A stretch of DNA of 64,000 nucleotides. It comes from Callorhinchus milii. Lineage: Eukaryota. Positions 12,996 to 25,370 of this stretch are shown one piece after another. The notes beneath the pieces are model-generated. The model saw nothing but the letters and a program-made list of their open reading frames with translations, was not told the origin of the DNA and ran no database searches. The translations under genes were made by a program, and so were the position numbers. The stretch's first letter is position 1; every line of letters begins with the position of its first letter. The DNA lies in the NCBI RefSeq assembly GCF_018977255.1, contig NW_024704742.1, positions 132,310,001 to 132,374,000 of the forward strand, given 5' to 3'.

Positions 12996-13499
12996 TAAAT
13001 AATAAGAAAATTAGGATTTTGATAATAGGATCCCAGGACCAGTTGCATTATTGACCATCTCTGAACAAAAAGTACAGTTCTGAAGATACATAGCTGTAAA
13101 TTCTCTCTGTTTTTCTAATTTATATTGGCTGGTGCATACTGGTAGCAGTATTCTCACTTACATTCAGATCAATCTGTGCTCCTGCTGGAGTACATATGAG
13201 CAGATATAACTCCAACATTGACCAAAGCACACAGTACTTTATAGATATTCATGTCCTTTGCCATGATAGTCTGAAATCGCTGTAATCACGAGCAATGCTT
13301 TATTGATCACCGCTGCAGAATCATTCCTCTATCACCCAAGTGGCCATGCTTTGAGAATCGTGTTAATAAACGCTTTAATTGCTGTGAATCACTGGCACCC
13401 TTCCTTAAGGGGATAGTATTTCTCATCTCAAGGCCGTATTTCAAGTGAGAAATTACAGTTACCGCCCAGCCTGCATGGAGTGGAAAACAGCAGCATTGA

Positions 13500-13880
13500 C
13501 AGCTTTGTGTCAGAAGGTTGTGGGTTCAAGCCACATATTCAGGACTTTAGACTCACGTGGGTCTAGGCTGATAATGCAGTGCTGGGCAGAGCGTTGCATC
13601 GTCAGTGATGCCGTCCTTCAGATGAGATGTTAAACCCAGGTCCCGTCCGTCTGTTCAGGTGGGCGTTAAAGATCCTGTGGCACTATGCAAAAAGAGAAGG
13701 AAGTTTCTCTCTCCCAGTGTCCTGGCCAACAATCACCCAATTAAAATCCCTTCATGGCTGTTTGTGGGATATTGTTATGTGTCAGCACATAGTCACTCCA
13801 CTTGACTGTATAACCTGTGAAGTGTTTTGAGACGTCCTCTTGGCATGAAAGATGCTGTATCAAATGTAAGGATTATTATT
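13500..13880 (+). mobile_element. SINE family B (further partial copies near 1020-1280, 3090-3322, 5378-5705, 6610-6930, 22975-23575, 24480-24765, 41365-41547, 43530-44240, 44950-45185, 50430-50810, 55155-55500 and 63900-64000)
   Basis: gtcagaaggttgtgggttcaagcc...gccgtccttcagatgagatgttaaacc...aaagatcctgtggcactat...tcaaatgtaaggattatt. Confidence 0.82.
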
Positions 13881-14486
13881 GTTGAGCATTTGGGAATCTC
13901 AATCTTTAGCTATTCCTCTCCATTATCTCCAATTATCTCCAACTGTAGGGGGTGAGGGATGGGAGTGGTGGGGATGGGGATATCACAGTTGACTATCTGA
14001 GTAAATATCTTGATAATGTCAGCTTTTGATGAGATTTTTCCCGTGGTAATCTGATTATCACGTGACACCCGCCAGAATTTCAGCCCACGGTTATTCATCT
14101 GGCTCACTTTCGAAGGCATTAATGGACTCAGGAAAATCACTGCATATGTTAATAATAATAATAATAATAATGATCTTTACATTTGATATAGGGTCTTATC
14201 ACATCGTTGAGATGTCTCAAAGCGCTTTGCTGAGAGACTGCTCCATGTGTCCCGGAAAACAAAATGCTGCTCATGATCTCTAATCTCACCAGAGGCTTGC
14301 TAATTTAAGGGGGGAAAAGTCTCCTCTAATTCTGGTTCAAGACTTGATATGTGAATGCCAAAAACCAATAGAGGAGCTGTCCCACATCTATCCCATTCAA
14401 GACGCTCAGCATAATTTCAATACCGGTAACTTAACTAACAAACGCAGAAGTAAACTGACCAAGTAGAGGTCTGAGGAACATTTAAT

Positions 14487-14787
14487 AGTAATAATAATCC
14501 TTGCATTTGATATAACGCTTTTCACATCTTCTAGACGTCTCAAAGCGCTTCACAGAATATACTGTAAAGTGAATTGACTATATTTGTGGACAAAACGCGG
14601 TAGCCAATTGCGCACAGCAGTGTCCCACAAACAGTCGTGAATTAAAGTGAGCAATTTTATCATTATTGTTTTTTTCTTGAGGGATTATTATCAGACATGT
14701 GGAGTAAGGAAACTTGCCCGAGGTTTCGCCCTGCTGGGAATCAAGTCCAGATCTCTTGCTTGCGAGGCGAGTGCTTTAACCACTGAT
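14487..14787 (-). mobile_element. SINE family A, intermediate short form
   Basis: Reverse complement matches the 34481-34793 type. Confidence 0.88.
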
Positions 14788-15683
14788 TCAACATGCTATC
14801 GATATCCTGGTTACATTTATTCAGGTATTTGTTGAAATCCCTCAAAGTAGTCACCGAGCTATTTTCCCTTGGAGTGACAAGGTATCAGGAGTTCACTGTG
14901 TATGAATTATGAATAAGTGAATAATCTTACACAATAATAATAATCTTACATTTCACAGTAAGAGGAATGCAAATGAAAATCGCTGTCTGTCTCTTGTGAA
15001 CACAGAGCGCACTTATCCAGGTGAGAAAAATGTGAAGATGGCACCATCTAGTGCCGAACAAATGCCAATTTTTTGGTTAGCCAGGCGTCTGACACATGCG
15101 GAAACCCACAGCCTTGCAATGCTCCAAAGTGCCCTGAAAAATCAAAGAGGGCTCGGGCCTGCTCATTTCAAGACTAACATAATAATAATAATTATAATAA
15201 CAATAATAATAATAACCCTTAACCTTTCACATTGGGAGGACGCTTCAATGCAAAGTGCAGTGGCCGTATATTTTTATAAGCGGAAGCAGCAACCCATTTG
15301 CTCACAGCAGTGTCCCACATACAGACAGCCATGATGTGAACGGACTTTTTTTTATTTGCATCGGTGTGGTGTGAACAGTAGTGGGGACAGAATCCATATT
15401 AGTTTTTAAGAGGGAATTAAATAGCCGCTACAGCCATGTTCAGTTGTGCTGAAGCAGCGGCAGCGTACAGCAAGCCAGCCGATTGCTCAGATGTTCCTTA
15501 GTTGCATGCCTTCAAGGTCCTACAGTTATGTTAACTGAAGGCACTGGTGACCATTGTTGACACTGGTTTGTGTATCTTCCTTGGACCCACAGCCACACCT
15601 CAGTCACAGAGGAGAAACTCCACCGAAGATGCCAAGGTACCATCTGCCTTTCCTAGCGGACGTTAAAGATTCCCCTGACATTT

Positions 15684-16007
15684 GTGGAGTCCTGAAGCAA
15701 AGTGGTTAGAGCATTCGCTTTGCAAGCGAGAGACCTGAGTTCAATTCCAGGCAGGGCGAAACCTTGGGCAAGTTTCCTTACTCCACACGCCTAATAATAA
15801 TCCCTCCAAAACCAAAAACAATAATAAATTGGTCATTTTCAATCTACGACTGTTTGTGGGACACTGCTGTGTGCAATTGGCTGCCGCGTTTCACCCACAA
15901 ATGTACAGTCAATTCACTTTATAGTGTGTTCTGTGAAGCGCTTTGGGACATCCTCCCGACGTGAAAAACGCTATATCAAATGCAAGGATTATTATTATTA
16001 TTATTAT
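15684..16007 (+). mobile_element. tRNA(Ala)-derived SINE, family A short form, nested in a family B SINE
   Basis: gtggagtcc..tggttagagcattcgctttgcaagcgag..gagttcaattcc head, shared body and (TTA)n tail. The flanks join into family B sequence (gttaaagat..gaca|tttgaaaagag). Confidence 0.92.
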
Positions 16008-17578
16008 TTGAAAAGAGGAGGGTGTTTCTCTCTCCCAGTGCCCTCGCCAACAATCCCCCAAATAGAATTGGTCATTCACTGCATGGCTTTTTGTGGGACA
16101 TTGCTGTGCACAAATCGGCTGCCTCATTCACCTAGAAATAGTTTCCTCTAATTCTGCACCTAATCCTCTAATTCCTCTAATTTCAGCACTTGGATAGTAT
16201 GCCCGATGTGAAAGGCACCTTACACATGTAATTTTGTTGTTGTTGTTGTTGAAATATACTTTATAGTGTGTCCCGTGAAACATTTTGAGGTGTCTTGACG
16301 ATGTAATGGGACACTGCTGTGTGCAATTGGCTGCCACGTTTCGCCCACAAAATATGCAGTCAATTCACTTCACAGTATATTCTGTGAAGCGCTTTGAGAC
16401 ACCTCAAAAACGTGATAAGGCGCTATAACAAATGCAAGGATTATTTTTATTATTATTTTAATGTGGTGTCTGGGTTTTGAGAGAGAACAGTTATTGAAGA
16501 TCTCATTACTTTAAGACCTGCTTCATGTTTGCCAAAAGAAGGAGAAGCGGATGGAAAGCCCTGTTTTTATTATACGAGTGCATATCTTTTGCTGTCGTTG
16601 TATTATCTAGAGGTGGGTGACTGGCACTTCAAGATGATGGATACTGTGCAGCTTCTTTCAGATCACATTTCAGGGGTAAAGAATTGGATCTGCAGAATTG
16701 GGAATACAAAGTTGCCCGAGAGGTGATACATCTCTATGGTGATTCATTTCACTTAAGTCTTCTTCCTTCCCACTGCATGCTTAGGCTCACATTTGACATT
16801 GCATCCCCACTGAAAGCCATCTCTACGTTATCCTCAGGCTGCGTGTCATCATTAGTATGATTAATAATAATAATTATTAGTGTTGCAAAAGTTGCCATAA
16901 GAATGTACAGGCTCCAAAAAGACCAGTCCTGAAATAATTTCTCTCCAATGTGAAATCAATTCGGAATTTCATCCCTGTCCTTTGAAGACTTGAGCAGGGA
17001 TTGGAACAATGACCACAATTTGGTAGCATCAATCGGGAAAGTCACAAGGATAATAGGTGTGGGTAATACAATAGGTATTTTATACAGTTGGATGCTCTTT
17101 TGGCAACAGAGTTCAATTTATCCAGTTGGAAGAAAGTAGAGAGCGAGAGAACTTATTCTTTCCCTACAATTCACATTGATGTGCTTTATGCTGAGTTGGT
17201 GTTCTGTCTCAGCAGAGACAAGGCTCAGGATGAACAGTGTTGGATGCAGGTTGGCTGAGAGCAGCTAACTCAGCACAAACTGCAGCTTGAACTGGGTCTT
17301 TAGGACCTAGCATTGCACTCAGACCATCTGCACACTTGGCTGGACTGGTGTTTTCTTGTGGGAAATTGCAGCAACACCTTAATGACGTGTGAAAACGCAT
17401 TTGGCATTTTCTTTGTTGCTCTGGGAAGGGAAAAGCACCAGAAGACTTGTGCATCATTGGGGTTGAGATGATGACGTGTGTAAAGCAACGCAATTAATTA
17501 TTTCAATGTTTGTAAGGTTCAACCCAGCACTTTTTCAGGAAACATGAAACTCTCCCGAGCTTTTACACCTCTTAGATT

Positions 17579-19004
17579 CATAGAATGTTACGGCACAGAA
17601 GGAGGCCTTTCGGCCCATCGAGTCTGTGCCGGCTCTTTGACAGAGCAAGTCACTTTCACTAATCCCAATCACCAGCTTTCTCCCCATAACCCTGCAAACC
17701 CGTCTTCCCCAGATACCTATCCAGTTCTCTCTTAAAAGCTGCTATCGAATCGGACTTCACTGCCCTTTCGGGCAGATCATTCCAAATTCGAACAACTCGC
17801 TGAGTGAAAACATTTCTTCTAACCTCCCCTCTGCTTCTTTTGGTAGATATCTTAAGACTGTGACCACGAGTCACAGACACACCTACCAGCGGAAACAGCT
17901 TTTCCTTATCGAGCCTGTCGAAACCTTTCATGATCTTGAAGACCTCATCAGGTCCCTGCGTAACCTTCTCTGCTCTAATGGGAAAAGTCCTAACTTCTCC
18001 AGCCTGTCCTCATAGCTAAGGTTCCCCATTCCTGGTATCATTCTCGTGAATCTCCTCTGCACCCTTTCCAGTGCCTTAATATCCTTCCTGAAGTAAGGTG
18101 CCCAGAACTGGACGCAGTACTCCAGCTGAGGCCTAACCAGTGTTTTGTATAGATTAACCATAACCTCCCTACTCTTATACTCTATGCCCCTACTAATAAA
18201 GCTCAGTACACCAAATGCCTTTTTTACTGCCTTATCTACCTGCCCCGCTACCTTTAATGATTCGCTTACTTGAACACCCAGATCTCTCTGTACGTTCACC
18301 CCCTTAAGATTGAGCTACCAAGTCTATATTGCCTCCTATCATTTTTCCTACCTAAGTGTATCACCTCACACTTATCCACATTGAAATCCATCTGCCACAT
18401 GTCAGCCCATTCCACCATTCTGTGTATGTCTGCGTGCAGTTGGTTACAGTCCTCCTCACTATTTACTATCCTACCTAACTTTGTATCATCTGCAAACTTG
18501 GAAATAGTACTCTCTATTCCCAAGTCCAGATCATTAATATATATTAGAAAGAGCAGTGGTCCCAATACCGATCCCTGGGGGACACCGCTGCATAACTCCT
18601 TCCATTGTGAGAAACACCCATTAACCACCACCCTCTGCTTTCTGTCACTCAGCCAATTCGTAATCCAAACTGCTACTATCCCCTTAATACCGTGGGCCTC
18701 TAATTTTTTTATTAATCTCTTATGCGGTACTGTGTCAAAAGCCTTTTTGAAATCCATGTAAATAACGTCCACCGCATTTCCCTCATCAACCCTCGCAGTC
18801 ACCTCTTCAAAAAATTCTTTTAGATTTGTTAGGCAAGATTTGTCTTTAGCAAATCCATGTTGGCTGTCTCTAATTACCTCATGTTCCTCTAAGCAGAGAT
18901 GTATTCTGTCCCGGATTATGGTCTCCAGTAGTTTTCCTATTACCGAAGTTAGGCTGACTGGCCTGTAATTTCCGGGTTTGTCTTTCATTTCCGGGTTTGT
19001 CTTC
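17579..19004 (-). mobile_element. CR1 LINE, 5'-truncated, relatively intact RT and C-terminus with about two frameshifts
   Basis: [74 protein letters not shown] and FTQRVVRIWNDLP. CR1-type 3' end (ggccgaaaggcctccttctgtgccgtaacattctatg). Confidence 0.96.
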
Positions 19005-19813
19005 ATTAAGGAATACATCTCAATACGTACCTCTTTGATCGTGCTTTCGGCCGTCTTTCCCATTCCTCCACTGCAGCCTCCCCATCCCACCCAGTCTCCA
19101 TGCAGGACTCGGGTACACACCCAGCAATATCAAGCATGTGAGACAACCTCAGGATGTGAAAGGAATTGTATAAACGCAAATTGTATTGTATTGTTTATAT
19201 AACAGCTTTCACGTAGGATAGTGCCTTGGAGGACTGTACAATCGTGGGGTTGGACTCTGATCAGGAGGGCAGAGGAGGTGACTGTAGATGCAGTCAAACA
19301 GGTTGGTCTTAAAGTGGGATTTATAGAGCAATGGCAAAGGTGCAGGATATTTTCGCTTTGAACAGGAGGATAGGAGCTTAGATTTTTTACATCTCATCTG
19401 AACGATGGCATCTCCAACAAAGCAGCACTCTCTCCACCATACTCACACACACAGTGTCAGCCAAGACTATGCAAACTCAAAGTCCTGAAGTGGGGCTTGA
19501 ACCTGCAATCTTCTGACCTGGGACCAAGAGTGCCACAAACTGGACCAGGCTGATACCCAGAGAATTAGAGAAATATACTCCAACAATCTATCTCTGGGAT
19601 TTCCATGTGTAGGTGGGATGCACAAAATTCTCAGTTTGGTTTGCATTCTCTTAAGCATGTCTGCATGTGTCAGACACCCGGCTGACCAAACAAAAATTCA
19701 TAAACTTGTGAAAAAAGGAAAATATTAAAGGATGTGACAAGGAAGATCAGGCCCAAATTTGGTATTGCAGAAAAACAAAAATCCTAGCATAGCTCAGAAT
19801 TATAGCTTATGGA

Positions 19814-20189
19814 TTTCTGTAGCTTAGTGGTTAGAGCACTCGCCTTGCAAGCGAGAGGACCTGGGTTCGATTCCCAGCAGGGTGAAACATTGGGCAAGTT
19901 TCCTTCCTCAACATGCCTCTGTTTACCTAGCAGGAAGCAGGAGAACCAGGAACCAATTGGCGGATTGTTTTTCCGCGAATAATTATGTGGTCATTAAATG
20001 TGATCTTAAAAAAAATGTGGTCGCTCAATCTACGACTGATTGTGGGACACTACTGTGTGCAATTGGCTGCTGCGTTTTGGCCACAAATATACAGTCAATT
20101 CACTTTACAGTATATTCTGTGAAGCGCTTTGGGATGTCCTCCCGACGTGAAAAGCGCTATATCAAATGCAAGGATTATTATTATTATTA
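19814..20189 (+). mobile_element. SINE family A long form
   Basis: tRNA head, then gcctctgtttacctagcag segment, body and (TTA)n tail. Confidence 0.88.
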
Positions 20190-21502
20190 CTGCGTATGGC
20201 AACTCTTTCCCTTTTAATGCTCTTGAATTTCAAAACTACCTCTTTTGAAATATCTCAGTCCGATATTTTGCAATTGCCCCCTGGGATCTAATTAGATTAT
20301 GAGACACAGTCAATACTCAAGGAAGCTATTGATACGAATACATTTGTGCAATATAATCCATTTAGTCAAGACGCATGTCTAAACCAGTACAGGACTTGCA
20401 ATTTGCTCTCAAACATTCAGTTGGATTAAGGTAACAGAATAGATAAGGATTTTATAGAGTACTCAAATTAGATACCTTATGGTGTTTTTGAGAATAGCCA
20501 TTGAAGATAATTAAGGGAACGCTCTTATTTTTTCCCAGCGAAGAACAAGTACTGTATGTGTTGTCAGAATTGCTATAATTAATCCTTTCGCAGCGATATG
20601 ACCATTTGAATCTTTTTGCAAATTAGACCGAACATGAAACACTGTACACTTCAAACTGAACAGTGCTGACAGAACGCCTGGATCTGATCAAATGAAGATG
20701 GCAGGTTAATTACTTTAATTCTGTGTGTTTCAGTGTTTTTGTGTGTGGTTGACTGAAATGTCAAGTCTCATTACTTCCCCTGCATTAGCTGCTTTAATGG
20801 CAATAGAAATTCAATAATAATACAATTAAACCTGTGAGATGGACAAACAGACGGACGAATGGACACACAGCTACACAGGCAGGCACATGGAAAGACCACA
20901 AATAATATGCGCTCACAGGGTTTATAGCTAATGTGGTGAACATTATCAGGATTCAGGGAACTCTGTACTAACACAGCAGAGATATTTTGAAAAGCGCAGT
21001 GTCAAATGGTGAATTTATTTATCACACCTGCAGAAAACCACAAAAGAACATTTTCACATTGCTATTTCATGATTGCTCAGATAACATTCGTGCATTCATA
21101 TCAATATTTTTATGTGGGGCAAGTTGAACAATGATAACAATCCTTTCATTTGATACAGGGCCCTTTTGTGTTGGGGATGGGGGTGGGAAGACGCCTTAAA
21201 GCCCTTCATAGGATTTGACTGTACATTGCAGTCACTGTGTATTCTATGGGCAAATTCGGCAGCAAATTCTTGCACACCAATGTTTCGCAAACGGCCCTAA
21301 AGTGAATGATCAATTTATCCAGCACACAGGCAGTCGACAACTGCATAATGTGTTTGAACATAAACACCGGCACAGACTGGATGGGCTGAATGGCTTGTTT
21401 CATAGAATCATAGAATCTTACAGCACAGAAGGAGGCCATTCGGCCCATTGCGCCTAAGAATTTTCTAGGTGAAAAAAGACCAAGATCCATCCAGTTTGCA
21501 TT

Positions 21503-21780
21503 TCAACAACAACAACACCAACTTGGATTTATATAGCGCCCTCCACGCCGGATGGCATCTTAGAGCGCTTCACAGTAACGGAGCCCAGGGCCGAGCCAGG
21601 GGGAGGAGGAGGAAAGTGACCAAAGGTACAGTCGAAAAGAAAAGTCTTCAGCAGAGATCTGAAAGTAGGAAGAGAGGGAGCGAGGCAAAGGATGTGAGTA
21701 AGGAAGTTCCAGAGCCTCGGGGAATAGTGGCTGAAGGCACAGCCACCGAGCGTGGAGCGGAGGACTCGGGGAATAAGGAA
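21503..21780 (-). mobile_element. L2 3' end, same subfamily as 11058-12995
   Basis: Closely matches 11058-11320 (cttggatttatatagcgccctccac...gtggctgaaggcacagccaccgag). Confidence 0.9.
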
Positions 21781-24700
21781 CAAATTTCACCATCCTGGCA
21801 TCCAAGTTGACATGTTGTGTCCCAAACTATAGATTGTATCCCAAGATACTATTTCCTAACGGAAATCTATCTTATATGTTCTTGAAAGAATTGACACTTT
21901 CTGCTTCCACCATCTCCCTAGGGAGTCTGTTCCATACGTTTACTCCTCTGTTTGACTCTGTGTAGGAGAATGTGGCTTCAATTCAGAGATGTTCCTTAGC
22001 TCGGCAATGCATTTGCTTGACCTAGAAGTGACCAGGCATAGGACACGTCTCACTCAGTTAGCTCCCTCCCAGCTGGAGCCTGCTTGTTTGAGAATAATCT
22101 CCCTTCATATTCCTATATCTAAAATAATAGGGTGTGAGAAACAAATTCAGTTACTTTATATCACCTTGAGACACACTTTGCGGGCGGTGGCGGTGGGCGG
22201 ATTTTGTGTTCCCTTGCGGCTGTGTGTGTCAAAGGCTAGCAGCATCTAATATAAAAGATGAATTGAAGCCTATCATTGCGGTGCCGAGATGAAAAACTGA
22301 CAGATCATAACAAAAAGAAAAATAGTTTCCATTTCTAGCTACTGTAAGTAAAAAAGTGACACCAGGGAGCTCCTGCACTGAAAAATGAGCACGATAAGCT
22401 GAGGCAACGGAGAGAAAGGGACTTTAGAGAGGTGACTGCGTGAATAATCAATTTGCATTCCACTGTAACTGCGCTGATTATTATACTTGCAAATGCAGGA
22501 AAAAAAAATCAAAAGAAAATCAAAAATGCAAGGATTTTTATCAAATGACCAATTTGTGACTCTCCTCCTGGGGGTAGGAGGGAGGTGAGCTCTTGGAGCT
22601 AAACTGGCTCCAACGTAATGGGCTTGGCAATAGAACTTAAGAATCAGATAAACCCTCTGTTGTGGTCTTGGGAGTCTGGTTCCTGACCCAACCCGGTCCG
22701 CGGTTTTCCAGATCAATGCTCACAACAGACTAGCCAGCCTGACTGGTTGATAGCACTTGGTGAGGTAGATTTAGGGACAGAGATTCTTCCCACTCAGTTC
22801 CTAATTGTCTAGTCTCTAAGTCCCGAATATTACAGCATAGAGGGAGGCCATTCGGCTCATCGTGCCTGTGCCGGCTCTTTAGAAGAGCTACCCAATCCCC
22901 ATACCCCTTCAATTCTTTTCATTTTCAAGTACCTATCTAATTACCTTTTGAAAGTTGTGGATTAAATTCCTATCTCGGGACTTTGAGCTCACATAGTCTG
23001 AGCTGACTTTCCAATGCAGAGCCTTTAGAGGTGTTACATTGTTGGAGGTGCCGTCCTTCAGATTAGACATTAAACCGAAGTCCCGTCTGCCTGTTCAGGT
23101 GAAAATTATAGATCCCATGACACGAATGGTAAAGAGAAGGTAGGTTCTCCTCATGTCCTGGCCAACAAGCCCCCAAATAAAATTGGTCATTCACTTCACG
23201 GCGAATTGTCACTGTTCTTGTCACTGATTTCCTGCCAAGTTCTTTGAAATATTTCAACCTCTCAGGTGGAACATCAAATGCAAGAAATGCTGTAAATATT
23301 TTTCTTATAATATTGTATTACATTATTCAAATGATCACCCCATGCCTGTTCAGGTGGATGTTAAAGATCCCATGGCGTTATTCGAACAGATTTCACCTGG
23401 TGTCCTGCCCAACAAAAAACAAATAAATTTGGTCACTCACTCCATGGCTGTTTGTGGGACATTGCTGCGCACAACCGGCTGCTGCGTTTCACCCACAATG
23501 TATGCAGTCAATTCACTTTACTGTATATCTGCGAAGCACTTTGAGACATCTCAATGACATGATAAGGCACGATATAGAAGAATAAAATCCTACAGCACAG
23601 AAGGAGGCCATTCGTTCCATCGTGCCTGTGCCAGCACTTTGAAAGAGCTATCCAATTAGTCCCACTTCCCTGCTCTTTCCCCATAACCTTGCAATTATTT
23701 TCTTTTCAAATACAAGGATTATTATTATCATTATGCTCACTGTTATCGATTCAGGAGGCCATTCAATTTTTGCAACTATTTTGGCTGTGTTACTCTCCCA
23801 ATTTTGTTTGATGTGTTAATTATGAAAAATTACCGTGCAACTTTGCTGAAATTCCCTTTTGGGTCGCAGCTGGCTCGTGGGTGTTTCATTTGCCGAATGT
23901 CAGGCAGATCTGAACTGTTCCAGTTTGAGACTAAGTGGAAGAGAGAAGATCACTTGGACACAGCCCACGTCATCTGGGGGAGTGTTATTAAATGAACTAA
24001 ATATAGGTTTGTAAATAAGGACTAAATTAGCCCTTCTCGATCTGTATTAAAAGAAGTTTGAAAGTTTACAGAACAATAGATAAAAAGTAATCTTTGCGTT
24101 TGATACAGCACCTTTCACGTTGAAGTTTCAAAGTGCTTCACAGGATCCACTGTAAAGTGAAGTGGCTGCAATTTCAGCCACCACGCCACAAAACTCTGCA
24201 ACACTTTCCCTCAATTCCTCCGCCATGAACCGTCTTTCTCCAACTTCAGGTCATGCCTGAAGATCTTCCTCTTTGACCGTGCTTATGATCACCTCTCCCC
24301 TCCCTCAGACTCAGTGTCATGTTCCGCCACTGTCAAGCATTCTGGGACACTATCCTGCGTGAGGGTTGCTATATAGATGCAAGTTGTTGTTGTGGTGGTG
24401 ACTAAGTATTTGTCAACGTTTCATCACAGAAAATTGTAGAGACAAAATACACTATTAGTATGTAATAGCATAATATGCAATCCACCTCAAAGCGCTTCAG
24501 GGTAACAAATATTTTGTGCAGTGGCTGTGTATTTTGTAAGTAAACACGGCAGCCAATTTGCACACATTGAAATCAATTTGTCTGGAGGACTGTTGGCCAG
24601 GCCATTGGGAGAAACTCCCTTCTCTTTTCGAGTAATGCCACTGGTTCTTTATAATTCACTTGAATGGGTAAACAGGACCTCAGTTTAATGCCTCATCTGA

Positions 24701-25041
24701 AGGACGGCACCTTAGATATTGGATTCCCCTCCCCCAGCACTGTACTGGAGTTTCAGCCTAGACACCAATACAAACACTGCTCAGTGTTGATGCTTTAACA
24801 CCAATAATTTGCATTTACATGGTGCCTGTCACCTAAAAGATGCATCTCAAAATTCTTCACGAAGTATTAATTAAAAATTAAGTGAATGTTGTAGCGGAGG
24901 TAAACACGACAGTTAATTTCCACCAGCAATGACCTGCAAATAATACTGACATGAGTAGATAATTAATTGGAATTTGGTGTAAGTTTATACAATATAATTT
25001 GCATTTATATACAGCATTTCCACATCCAGAGGACATCATTT

Positions 25042-25370
25042 GTGGAGTCCTGTAGCTCAGTGGTTAGAGCACTCGCTTTGCAAGCAAGAGACCTGAGTTC
25101 AATTCCAGGCAGGGCGAAACCTTGGGCAAGTTTCCTTACTCCACACAGAGCCTAATAATAATCCCTCCAAAAAACAAAACAATAATAAATCGGTCATTTT
25201 CAATCTACGACTGTTTGTGGGACATTGCTGTGTGCAATTGGCTGCCGCGTTCGCCCACAAATATACAGTCAATTCACTTTACAGTGTGTTCTGTGAAGCG
25301 CTTTGGGACGTCCTCCCGACGTGAAAAGCGCTATATCAAATGCAAGGATTATTATTATTATTATTATTAT
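25042..25370 (+). mobile_element. SINE family A short form (young)
   Basis: Near-identical to copies at 29248, 38613, 62444 and 63079. A-box tagctcagtgg and B-box gagttcaattcc. Confidence 0.94.

Noticed and set aside
13304..13324. tgatcacc(g)ctgcagaatca shared with about 51960
   Set aside because: A gapped match of about 19 nt with no flanking similarity is plausible by chance in 64 kb.
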